Shown piece by piece: positions 1-8,098 of a DNA stretch of 64,000 nt (position 1 is its first letter; every line of letters starts with the position of its first letter). The notes below the pieces were generated by a model. That model was not told where the DNA came from and did not search any database. It saw nothing but the letters and a program-made list of their open reading frames with translations. The stretch is from a virus, in IMG/VR virus record IMGVR_UViG_3300006735_000001, positions 49,578-113,577 of that record; one strand, 5' to 3'. A program made the translations under genes and the position numbers.

Positions 1-4
1 AGAA

Positions 5-688
5 TTGGGTATGATGTTTGCTTGGACAAACTCATATGACAAGTCAACTAGATTTCAATGTGCTGTTGGAGCATATGTAAAAGTATGTTACAATGGTATG
101 GTTGCTGGAGATATGTTAAATTTTAAAAGAAAACATACAGGGGCAGCACATTTTGATGTTAAGATGCAAATATCTAATCAGATTAAAAATGCAGAAAAGT
201 ATTACAAAAGAATACTTAATGATAGAGATCTGATGAAGAGTATTACACTTAACTGCAGACAACAAGCAGAGTTAGCAGGTAGATTATTTATTGAAGAAGA
301 AATTTTAGATACACAACAAATGACATGTGTTAAATCTGAGATAGATACTCCTACGTATTCATATGATGAGTCTTTAGATTCTGCCTGGACATTCTACAAT
401 CATGTTACTCATGCTCTTAAGAAAGCACACCCAAGAGATTGGTTGGCTGACCAACAGAACTTTCATGATTTTATGACCGCACTATGTAATAGTTTTAATA
501 CTACTAATAGTAAGTATGAAAAATGGTTAACTGATAATCCAGATTATACAATATCAGATAAAGTAGAAGAAATATCTGAAACAGCACCAACTACTGAAGA
601 TGCTGAAGAAATAATAGTAAATGATTATGAGATAGAATTGGCGGATGTAGATTACACTAATGAATCTGAGTTCCTGCTGAATGATTAA
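5..688 (+). CDS. DUF932-like protein (5' truncated by the window)
   Basis: NSYDKS..F....G....VC.NGM and W..YN.VT patterns typical of DUF932. Confidence 0.65.
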   Translation: MGMMFAWTNSYDKSTRFQCAVGAYVKVCYNGMVAGDMLNFKRKHTGAAHFDVKMQISNQIKNAEKYYKRILNDRDLMKSITLNCRQQAELAGRLFIEEEILDTQQMTCVKSEIDTPTYSYDESLDSAWTFYNHVTHALKKAHPRDWLADQQNFHDFMTALCNSFNTTNSKYEKWLTDNPDYTISDKVEEISETAPTTEDAEEIIVNDYEIELADVDYTNESEFLLND

Positions 689-761
689 AACATTTATAAT
701 AGCATTTATAGTAGGATTTATTTGCTTTTATATGTGTTTAACTAATAAGTATAATAAATAA
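681..761 (+). CDS. small hydrophobic peptide, 26 aa (MIKTFIIAFIVGFICFYMCLTNKYNK)
   Basis: ATG lies just inside the 3' end of the upstream gene; single TM-like stretch; not in the ORF track. Confidence 0.4.
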   Translation: MIKTFIIAFIVGFICFYMCLTNKYNK

Positions 762-764
762 ACC

Positions 765-821
765 GGAGAGAAAAACCAACAAGGGTCTAAGTTTTTGCAT
801 TCTTAGGCCCTCTCTCCTTTT
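765..821 (+). terminator. bulged GC-rich hairpin with T tract, probable intrinsic terminator
   Basis: GGAGAGA..GGGTCTAAG / CTTAGGCCC TCTCTCC TTTT. Confidence 0.55.
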
Positions 822-836
822 AAAAAAGAATCACTT

Positions 837-1226
837 ATGATAACAGTAATAGAATGGAGAAGAAGACAACAGTTTGAATCAAAAAAATTAGCATCAGAGT
901 ATTTTAAAATACCTATTTGGCTCATAAATAAAAGTATTGCAAATAATGAAGAGGTATCTTATAGAGTAGATGAAGTAAATACTCCATCACAAGTTAGAAA
1001 ATATAAGTTCTCTCAAGCATATTTCCAAGGTGGTGCTACCAAAGAACTACCTATCCAAACAACTATACCCTTTGGAAAGTATAAAGGTAAAGAACCTAAA
1101 GAAGTTCCTCTTGGGTATCTTTTATGGATGTATAAAAAAACAGACTGCCCTATGGTTGTTTTAAGAGCACTAAGAGAAGTTAATAAATTAATGAACGGTA
1201 AATATGAAAAAGGTAAGAAAATGTAA
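837..1226 (+). CDS. hypothetical protein with C-terminal PFGKYKG domain (DUF3820/QSregVF_b/ExoX C-terminal-like)
   Basis: IPFGKYKGKEPKEVPLGYLLWM motif. Confidence 0.65.
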   Translation: MITVIEWRRRQQFESKKLASEYFKIPIWLINKSIANNEEVSYRVDEVNTPSQVRKYKFSQAYFQGGATKELPIQTTIPFGKYKGKEPKEVPLGYLLWMYKKTDCPMVVLRALREVNKLMNGKYEKGKKM

Positions 1227-1536
1227 TTCTTGTGGGACAAGTGTTTTTAAAATTGATAATCCCCCCTATGCTTATGAGTGTAAGGTATGTAAAAAAGAAA
1301 AATTTGCTTATGAGACATATAATTTTATATCATTATTTAGCAAAGGCATAGTAATTATATTATTAGTGTTAGCCTGTAAACCACCTAAATATAATCCAGA
1401 TACTGATCCTAATATATTAGATTGGTATGTAGACGGAAATGATACAGTAATCTATACAAAACAAGACTCTATTAAAGATGCTCGTGAAAGATGGGAATAC
1501 ATCAGAAGCATAGATAATGACAGCCTTTGGGAATGA
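1204..1536 (+). CDS. hypothetical protein: N-terminal Zn ribbon, TM/lipobox-like segment
   Basis: CNSC..CKVC; IVIILLVLAC. Confidence 0.5.
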   Translation: MKKVRKCNSCGTSVFKIDNPPYAYECKVCKKEKFAYETYNFISLFSKGIVIILLVLACKPPKYNPDTDPNILDWYVDGNDTVIYTKQDSIKDARERWEYIRSIDNDSLWE

Positions 1537-3867
1537 TTAGAATGTGCTTAATGCTGCTCTTCTCCAGTTATTATCAGCATAACAGACATAAATATGATTA
1601 GCATCAAATTTAATCTGTCCAGCTGTACCAGCAGCAGTTGCGCTTGAAGGTACTGAATCAACATTACCCTCAAAAGTATTTACATCTTTCCATTCTAAGT
1701 CAATGCTGCCTGCTGATTTAAGCATGGCCATACCAGTATTTCCTGCTGCTACTTTAGGTAGTCTCCAATATGTGTTAGCAATTGTTGAAGTTGATGCTGG
1801 TCCTGTTAGTTCTAACATACCATTACCATATAATTTAAATAAAGTATCTGTTACTCTTGCATCACCATTAGCGGAATCTAAGTATTCATTTATAATTGCA
1901 AAATAAGTAGCATCATTTTGTGCTGATGTTACAGTACCTGGATTAAAGAACAATTCATTTTCTCTTGACCCTGCTGAATTATTATAAGCAAAAGCCATAC
2001 CTTGAACATTAGTAGGATTTGCTGATGCTGTATTTCCACTAACATATAAGTATCCGTTTGCTCCAGATCCGCTTGTTGTTAGTGGTCCTTGCATATTAGC
2101 TGCACCTGTAACTGTAAGTCCTCCATTAACTGTAACATCTGTAGCTGTAAGATTTACTACATCAGTACTAGCTACAGCAAGCCTTAAAGTAGTAACACCT
2201 TTTACTACACCATTACCAGCTAGATTTGCAAAACCATCATTGCCATTAGGACCTTCTACAGTTAAACCTCCATTTCTGACTGTTGCACCTGCTGTAACAG
2301 TTTGAAACTTTACAACATTATCATGATATAGATTTACACCAGCATCTACATTAAAATCAGCATAAGTTTCACTTGCAATAGCATCTTTTACAAGTCTTAT
2401 TTTATTTTGACCATGTATTAATAAATCACCTGTTCCAACATCTCCTATAATACTATTACCAGTAGTTGCACTATGATAAATAGATAAATCACTTGCATTT
2501 GGCCCACCATTTCCAGCACCAAATCTTAAAATTGTATTATCTTCAAATCGAGCTGATCCTTTAAAGCTTATTATATTATTACTAGCTGCACCGTCATTTT
2601 CAAAAACTGATTGATTAGCATTTGTTGCTGATACATTTATTGCTCCAGCTATTGTTATAAGTGCTGTACTTTGAGTAGCTATTGAATCTCCTAATGTACT
2701 ACCATCTGGTGTCCATAATGGAATTTTATTTGCTGTTCCTGATCCAGTTACTCCATCAGCCCATATAACAGTATTACTTGCAGTTGATTTTAATACTCTA
2801 CCAGCTGAACCAGCTAAACTACTAGCAGAATCTTTTATGGGCCCTTGTATATTTGTAGTAGCTTCAAGGGTTAACTCTTCGGAATCCGCTGATCCTATTG
2901 TTAGCCTTCCATTCCCAGCAGTACTCCATACCATTGGTACGGGTGCACCATTTCCTATTACAGACCCACTGGCTGTAAACATTGCTACGTTAAGTGCAGT
3001 TCCTGTACCAGTTACTAAATCAAGACTGCTAATTAAGTCTCCAAGTTTAATTCTTTTGTTTTCACTAGCTGATTCATCAAGTATCATCAACTGATCAGTT
3101 ATTACTGCATTGGTTGCAAGATCATTTAGAGTAGATATGGTAGTACCAATCTCTATATTACTACCTATAGAGACTACGTTTGATCCAAGCAAATTACCAA
3201 CAGCACTAGACACTATAGATTTATAACCTACAGTTGTACCATCTGATATAATTAATTGACCGGCTGTTCCTGGAGGAAGAGGTTGTTGTATACCTTGAGC
3301 ATTACCTACCCATATATTACCTTGTGGAAGAGCTACAACTGGATCATCATCTGACCATACAACTCTACCATCAGCTAAAGATCTTAATACTCTATTAGCA
3401 GCACCTGCTTCAGCACCAGCAGAATCAAGAACTCGGTTAAATAATGATGTGCCATGTGTAGTATCTCCTGATGTACCTAACTCAATTTTTGTTTTTAGTA
3501 CAGTATCTTTGTTAACAGTAAGTCCACCGTCAATAGTAATTTTAGTAAGACCAGAAGAAGTAGACTGACTTGCAATACTATCTTCTATAGAAGTATTTTG
3601 ATTAACACAAGTTCCAGATACTGGAGCATACATGGGTAAAGTCTTTACTGTAGCAGTACCATTTTGAAGTACTACATTTTCTAAAATTTGACACTTTAAA
3701 TCCCCAAGCTTTAGTATAAAGGGTTCTCCTTTTGGTTGATAACCAGGATTTCCAACACTAGCTTGAAAAACTCTTCCAAGTTCAATGTAGTCTCTTTTAA
3801 AGTCTGCTTTTGTTTGCTTCTTATTTCGGTGTAGAAGTCCTAAAACCTCCTGTATAAATATGCTCAT
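1537..3867 (-). CDS. fibre-like virion structural protein
   Basis: G/T/A/S-rich beta repeats; internal repeats (DSAG..G...RVL.S.....V.W twice); C-terminal VPSSATAAGTAGQIKFDANHIYVC..NNWRR knob. Confidence 0.7.
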   Translation of the reverse strand: MSIFIQEVLGLLHRNKKQTKADFKRDYIELGRVFQASVGNPGYQPKGEPFILKLGDLKCQILENVVLQNGTATVKTLPMYAPVSGTCVNQNTSIEDSIASQSTSSGLTKITIDGGLTVNKDTVLKTKIELGTSGDTTHGTSLFNRVLDSAGAEAGAANRVLRSLADGRVVWSDDDPVVALPQGNIWVGNAQGIQQPLPPGTAGQLIISDGTTVGYKSIVSSAVGNLLGSNVVSIGSNIEIGTTISTLNDLATNAVITDQLMILDESASENKRIKLGDLISSLDLVTGTGTALNVAMFTASGSVIGNGAPVPMVWSTAGNGRLTIGSADSEELTLEATTNIQGPIKDSASSLAGSAGRVLKSTASNTVIWADGVTGSGTANKIPLWTPDGSTLGDSIATQSTALITIAGAINVSATNANQSVFENDGAASNNIISFKGSARFEDNTILRFGAGNGGPNASDLSIYHSATTGNSIIGDVGTGDLLIHGQNKIRLVKDAIASETYADFNVDAGVNLYHDNVVKFQTVTAGATVRNGGLTVEGPNGNDGFANLAGNGVVKGVTTLRLAVASTDVVNLTATDVTVNGGLTVTGAANMQGPLTTSGSGANGYLYVSGNTASANPTNVQGMAFAYNNSAGSRENELFFNPGTVTSAQNDATYFAIINEYLDSANGDARVTDTLFKLYGNGMLELTGPASTSTIANTYWRLPKVAAGNTGMAMLKSAGSIDLEWKDVNTFEGNVDSVPSSATAAGTAGQIKFDANHIYVCYADNNWRRAALSTF

Positions 3868-3876
3868 GATTCAAGT

Positions 3877-4221
3877 TTATAGATATAGTGCAGCCACTTT
3901 AACTGATGCTGTAGCTGAACATGTTATTTTTATATTTCCTGCTGTATTATTAAATGCTCTAGTCTCAAAAGGGCCTAAAAAACCTTCTTTTGTTGCAGCT
4001 AAAGTTAATACTGCATTTTCTTTTACTAATTTACCCAATTGTGGATCAACTACAGTAGTTATTTCAGGCACTACAGTAGCAGTTATACTAGAACTACTGT
4101 CATTTCGTACATGAAAAAACTGTACACCAGTATTAGTTACTTCATCTCCACCTGCTGCTGGAGTTACATAAGTTGGTAATAAACCAGATTGTGTTATCTG
4201 TTGTGCTGTTAACTTTGCCAT
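3877..4221 (-). CDS. small all-beta structural protein (hypothetical)
   Basis: 114-aa ORF tightly packed in the minus-strand operon. Confidence 0.55.
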   Translation of the reverse strand: MAKLTAQQITQSGLLPTYVTPAAGGDEVTNTGVQFFHVRNDSSSSITATVVPEITTVVDPQLGKLVKENAVLTLAATKEGFLGPFETRAFNNTAGNIKITCSATASVKVAALYL

Positions 4222-4231
4222 AATTTAATTT

Positions 4232-4453
4232 TTAACTATTTCTGTATCCATTTTTAAAAGCTGCTGACTGAACTGGTTCTGCTGCTCTTGTGGATTTCAT
4301 ATCACATACAATACCAGCTTTAGCTAATCTTTGTCTTTTAGCAACTTTTTTTGCATTTCTTTTCTGTTGGGACTTCTGATATTGAGAAGTAGGGTTAAAG
4401 TACCCATTAGGTACATTACCGTCTCCCACCGGGAATGATATTTTTTTTGCCAT
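4232..4453 (-). CDS. small basic hypothetical protein
   Basis: 73-aa ORF with MAKK start, operon context. Confidence 0.6.
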   Translation of the reverse strand: MAKKISFPVGDGNVPNGYFNPTSQYQKSQQKRNAKKVAKRQRLAKAGIVCDMKSTRAAEPVQSAAFKNGYRNS

Positions 4454-4464
4454 AACTTTAATTT

Positions 4465-4773
4465 TTATTTTTTCATGTAAGCTTTACGTGCAGTCTTTCT
4501 GACCATACCTTTCTTAGTGCCTGCTTTCTTTTTTGAACCTCCTCTTTTATACTTTACTTTGCCACCATTAGTCATCATATCTAAAAGATCAGACTCCATA
4601 CCTTGAAGACCTCCCATTTCACCTGCCATTTCCATAACTCTTTTACCAGCATTCATAATACCTTCACTAATGTAATCACCTTTTGATGATCCACTACCTG
4701 ATGTAAGATTATTAGCCATACCCATGCCACCCATGTTCATTTTTTTAGCTAACATTTTTTTCATATTTCCCAT
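4465..4773 (-). CDS. small basic M/G/K-rich protein with xxGG motifs
   Basis: KMNMGG, MTNGG, YKRGG motifs; basic tail. Confidence 0.6.
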   Translation of the reverse strand: MGNMKKMLAKKMNMGGMGMANNLTSGSGSSKGDYISEGIMNAGKRVMEMAGEMGGLQGMESDLLDMMTNGGKVKYKRGGSKKKAGTKKGMVRKTARKAYMKK

Positions 4774-4785
4774 AATTTCTAATTT

Positions 4786-5256
4786 TTAATTTTTGTTGTT
4801 ACTTATTGTTTTAAATTTTTCTGCCCCTCTAGAACCAAAATATGCTACATAGACAGTTATTAAAAGTGACTTGAGTAAATCTACCCAGCCACCGTCAATA
4901 CTAAAGTCTATATCAAAACCATCTAACAATATAAATATAACTAATGAAACAGTCAAAAATATTAACGTTAATGGTCTTGTATTTTTAGATAAGTATGAGT
5001 CAGACTTCATATCTGCCTGCCATCTCTTACTTACTTCTTGCATCTCAATCATGTCTTGTTCAAGAAGCTTCAATGCTTTTTCTTTGTCTTCTGGTGGCAA
5101 TACAATATCAGGCTCCTTTTGTATAAGACCTTTAACAACACCCAATAGACCTGCATCAGGCAATGCATCACCAACTAAACCAACAATACTTGGAACTTTC
5201 TCTGTTAGGAATTTTCCAACCTTAGTTTCACTAAATCTTTTCTTTGGCTTACTCAT
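4786..5256 (-). CDS. holin (GTA 3TM-holin-like)
   Basis: RW.ADM.SDS.LSKNTRP, two TM helices, YFGSRG.EK. Confidence 0.75.
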   Translation of the reverse strand: MSKPKKRFSETKVGKFLTEKVPSIVGLVGDALPDAGLLGVVKGLIQKEPDIVLPPEDKEKALKLLEQDMIEMQEVSKRWQADMKSDSYLSKNTRPLTLIFLTVSLVIFILLDGFDIDFSIDGGWVDLLKSLLITVYVAYFGSRGAEKFKTISNNKN

Positions 5257-5266
5257 AATTTTTTGT

Positions 5267-6109
5267 TTATGGATATATTCTTATTTCTATTCCTGTTCTT
5301 AATAATTGATTGTCAGCAAGACTTCCATTTTCCTGCGTACTTAACTGAAAACTTGCAGTAGCACCACCAAATATATTAATCACTACTGTTTGATTTTTTA
5401 AATTACCTTGTGCAGGTGCAAAAAATACTTTGTCCAAATTAGCCAGAGCTGTTCCCCAAGTACCTCTATACATACCTGTGTTTGTACGTGTCCATACAAT
5501 AGTATTACCGGTTGTATTTTCTAGTACTGTTGCAACTGGTGCATCGGTTCCAGATTGTGATAACAACGCAGTATAGCTTGTATACGGTCTCCCATCTGTG
5601 GAATTAATAGTAATCTCATTTGCGCTTTGTGCTAATGTTACATTTGTACCTCCTATTAAAGATCTAAAATTAAGTGTCTCACCTACTTTATCTTTCCATA
5701 TTGCAAATCCAGTTCCTGCATTAGCAGCCGTATTAGGCTCACCTGTTGTAGTTATCTCTACATAATCATCATCATCAGAGTTGGCAAGAGTCAGGTTGCT
5801 ACTCAAAGACTTTAAGGATCTGTAAAATACAGTACAAGTCTCAAGAACGTCATCAGATTCTGTTTTCTGATATACTTGACCAGTGCCAGCAGCTGGAGAA
5901 GCTGGAGAATTTGCATGTGCACAGTGTTCTGCAGCAACCTTAAAATCTCTCACCTTTATAACTTTAACACTCTTGTAAGGTATTGGTGAAGCAACACCTT
6001 CCATATCAGGCTGTTCATTAGTTCCTATTATAAGAACATCATTTAAACCAGCTTTCTTTGCATAAACTGATCTTTTTATTAAACTTAATACATCAGTTAA
6101 AATATTCAT
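5267..6109 (-). CDS. fibre/decoration-like structural protein
   Basis: N-terminus resembles that of the 776-aa fibre; repeated LNFRSL..G.NVTL-type unit; YTALLSQSGTDAP domain. Confidence 0.55.
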   Translation of the reverse strand: MNILTDVLSLIKRSVYAKKAGLNDVLIIGTNEQPDMEGVASPIPYKSVKVIKVRDFKVAAEHCAHANSPASPAAGTGQVYQKTESDDVLETCTVFYRSLKSLSSNLTLANSDDDDYVEITTTGEPNTAANAGTGFAIWKDKVGETLNFRSLIGGTNVTLAQSANEITINSTDGRPYTSYTALLSQSGTDAPVATVLENTTGNTIVWTRTNTGMYRGTWGTALANLDKVFFAPAQGNLKNQTVVINIFGGATASFQLSTQENGSLADNQLLRTGIEIRIYP

Positions 6110-6282
6110 TTCTTCTTCTGTTTTTTAGATGGGCCACTGTATGTATTATGGGTACCCCCCCCTAGTTTTTTCTTTCTCAAGTTTCTTTCAAAAGCAGAAT
6201 GCATCATAATCTCACCACCTTTAGGTAATAACTTATCACCATTTTTAGGTTTCTTCTGTATTGGAAGTTTGTGAGTTCTCAT
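6106..6282 (-). CDS. small basic protein, 58 aa (MRTHKLPIQKK...PKGG...KKLGGG...KKQKKK)
   Basis: Read manually; start and stop overlap both neighbours; not in the ORF track. Confidence 0.6.
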   Translation of the reverse strand: MRTHKLPIQKKPKNGDKLLPKGGEIMMHSAFERNLRKKKLGGGTHNTYSGPSKKQKKK

Positions 6283-6380
6283 TAATCTTTATTTTTTTTA
6301 CAGCATACTTCTTTTCGGCAAGATCCTAAACAAACTTTACCAAATGTAATCCACTGTATAAATACACATATATTTCTCAT
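6282..6380 (-). CDS. Cys-rich peptide, 32 aa (MRNICVFIQWITFGKVCLGSCRKEVCCKKNKD)
   Basis: ATGA and TAATG overlaps with both neighbours; not in the ORF track. Confidence 0.5.
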   Translation of the reverse strand: MRNICVFIQWITFGKVCLGSCRKEVCCKKNKD

Positions 6381-6502
6381 CTTCCTTGACCTCTATATTT
6401 TTGTTTATATCCGCTTTGACCTCTAGAAGCATTCTTAGAATGAACCCCTGGTCTTTTTTTACCAGATACTTTTTTATAATTATTCGTAAGAATTCTAGCC
6501 AT
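6377..6502 (-). CDS. small basic protein, 41 aa, ending KYRGQGR
   Basis: MARILTNNYKKVSGKKRPGVHSKNASRGQSGYKQKYRGQGR; the YRGQGR terminus is familiar from small phage proteins; coupled overlaps. Confidence 0.65.
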   Translation of the reverse strand: MARILTNNYKKVSGKKRPGVHSKNASRGQSGYKQKYRGQGR

Positions 6503-6747
6503 TACTTCTTTTTTCTACCTTTACGGGCCTTGCCTGCTAATGCATCATCAATATCACCAAGTTGATTACCAACTTGTTTTATAGCTAATCCTACATCTGC
6601 TAGCTCAGCAGCAGTAAGTTTATATCTTTTCTTAATCTCTTTTAAAGTAGCAATTGCTTTCTCGTCTAGAGATGTTCTAGACCAAACAGCTCTCCAATAA
6701 TCTTGAAGGCTATAAGTCCATAATACATTTATAAATTTTTTAAACAT
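6502..6747 (-). CDS. hypothetical protein (probable start MFKKFINVLW)
   Basis: The track start (6798) lies upstream of the promoter motif; the ATG at 6747 fits better. Confidence 0.6.
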   Translation of the reverse strand: MFKKFINVLWTYSLQDYWRAVWSRTSLDEKAIATLKEIKKRYKLTAAELADVGLAIKQVGNQLGDIDDALAGKARKGRKKK

Positions 6748-6767
6748 AATAATCTTTTTAATTGACA

Positions 6768-6787
6768 CTATATAAATAATATACAAA
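6768..6787 (-). promoter_or_regulatory. putative phage late promoter, copy 1
   Basis: TTTGTATATTATTTATATAG; matches four other intergenic copies. Confidence 0.6.
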
Positions 6788-6827
6788 TTTTGTCTCACTT
6801 AACCAACATTAAGAGTCAGATTAATAT

Positions 6828-6835
6828 TATATTTG
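6828..6835 (+). promoter_or_regulatory. Bacteroidota sigma-A -7 box upstream of nrdB
   Basis: TATATTTG matches TAnnTTTG; no well-spaced -33 TTTG seen. Confidence 0.4.
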
Positions 6836-6956
6836 TTTTTAAATAAAATTTACTAGATTAGTTTTTTGTGTATGATCTATTTTTCTTACATTGATAATAT
6901 CTAGTAGCTGCACTTCTTTTTGATGTGTGGCTTTTTAATCCTATATACCATATACT

Positions 6957-7937
6957 ATGCAACAAAACATATTTAATTCTAGGGTAAATATCCTACCTTA
7001 TGAATATCCACAATTATTAAAATACAAAGACGCAATTAGACATTCTTACTGGATTGATACTGAGTTCAACTTTACAGAAGACATCCAAGATTTTAAAGTC
7101 AATATATCAAGTAATGAAAAAGATGTAATTAAAAAAACCATGCTTGCTATTGCGCAAATAGAGGTTAATGTAAAAACTTTTTGGGGAGACTTATATAAAC
7201 GCATGCCTATTACAGAGATAGGAGATGTAGGCTTTACTTTTGCTGAGTCAGAAGTTAGACATAAAGATGCTTATGCAAGGTTGCTTAGGATATTAGGATT
7301 AGAGAAAGAATTTCAATCAGTAGTTGAAGTTCCTGCAATAGAAGGTAGACTTAAGTACTTAAAGAAATACCTGGACGGTACACGCTCTAGAGATAATAAG
7401 ATGTACACCAAGTCTGTATTACTGTTTTCACTATTTATAGAGCACGTAAGCCTGTTTAGTCAATTCTTAATTATGATGAGCTTTAACAAAGAAAAGAATG
7501 TACTTAAAGGTATATCTAATGTTGTTGAGGCTACTAGTAAAGAAGAGGAGATACATGGTAACTTTGGTGCTGAGATTATTAATATAATCAAAAGAGAAAA
7601 TCCAGAATGGTTTGATCAAGAGTTTGAAGAATTAATTGATTCAGCTTGTAGAAAAGCTTATACAGCTGAGTGTGGAATACTTGATTGGATTTTTGAAAAA
7701 GGGGAACTTAGTTTCCTGCCACAGAATACAATACAACATTTTATAAAAAACAGATTTAATAACTCTTTAGATAAAATAGGTATGAAGCCCATCTTTGAAG
7801 TAGACCAAGAACTATTAAAGTCAGTAGAATGGTTTGATATAGAAATTACTGGTACTAAAGAAGGAGATTTCTTTTACAAGAAGAGTATTGACTATAATAA
7901 GAAAAGCAAGAGCATCACTGAAGATGATCTATTTTAA
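6957..7937 (+). CDS. nrdB: ribonucleotide reductase beta subunit, class Id (NrdBi)-like
   Basis: AQIEVNVK, ESEVRHKDAY, FIEHVSLFSQF, EEEIHG ligand motifs; C-terminal DFF..K..DY.K..KSIT.DDLF. Confidence 0.95.
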   Translation: MQQNIFNSRVNILPYEYPQLLKYKDAIRHSYWIDTEFNFTEDIQDFKVNISSNEKDVIKKTMLAIAQIEVNVKTFWGDLYKRMPITEIGDVGFTFAESEVRHKDAYARLLRILGLEKEFQSVVEVPAIEGRLKYLKKYLDGTRSRDNKMYTKSVLLFSLFIEHVSLFSQFLIMMSFNKEKNVLKGISNVVEATSKEEEIHGNFGAEIINIIKRENPEWFDQEFEELIDSACRKAYTAECGILDWIFEKGELSFLPQNTIQHFIKNRFNNSLDKIGMKPIFEVDQELLKSVEWFDIEITGTKEGDFFYKKSIDYNKKSKSITEDDLF

Positions 7938-7948
7938 ATAATAATATA

Positions 7949-8089
7949 ATGATAACAGAGCAAACTAATGGTAACACTCAAGTAAACACAGAGAGAGGAA
8001 ACTTCAATCAAAGAGTTTCTAAATTTAAGATGTTGGGTAAATCCAAGAAAGTCCAATGGGACGGTAAGAGAAGAAACAGAACAATTTAA
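7949..8089 (+). CDS. small basic ORF, 46 aa, between nrdB and nrdA
   Basis: MITEQTNGNTQVNTERGNFNQRVSKFKMLGKSKKVQWDGKRRNRTI fills the intergenic gap. Confidence 0.5.
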   Translation: MITEQTNGNTQVNTERGNFNQRVSKFKMLGKSKKVQWDGKRRNRTI

Positions 8090-8098
8090 ATAAAACCA

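Noticed and set aside
6155-6162. C8/G8 homopolymer as a phase-variation tract
   Set aside because: It encodes in-frame Gly-Gly-Gly in a small ORF, and there is no evidence of slippage
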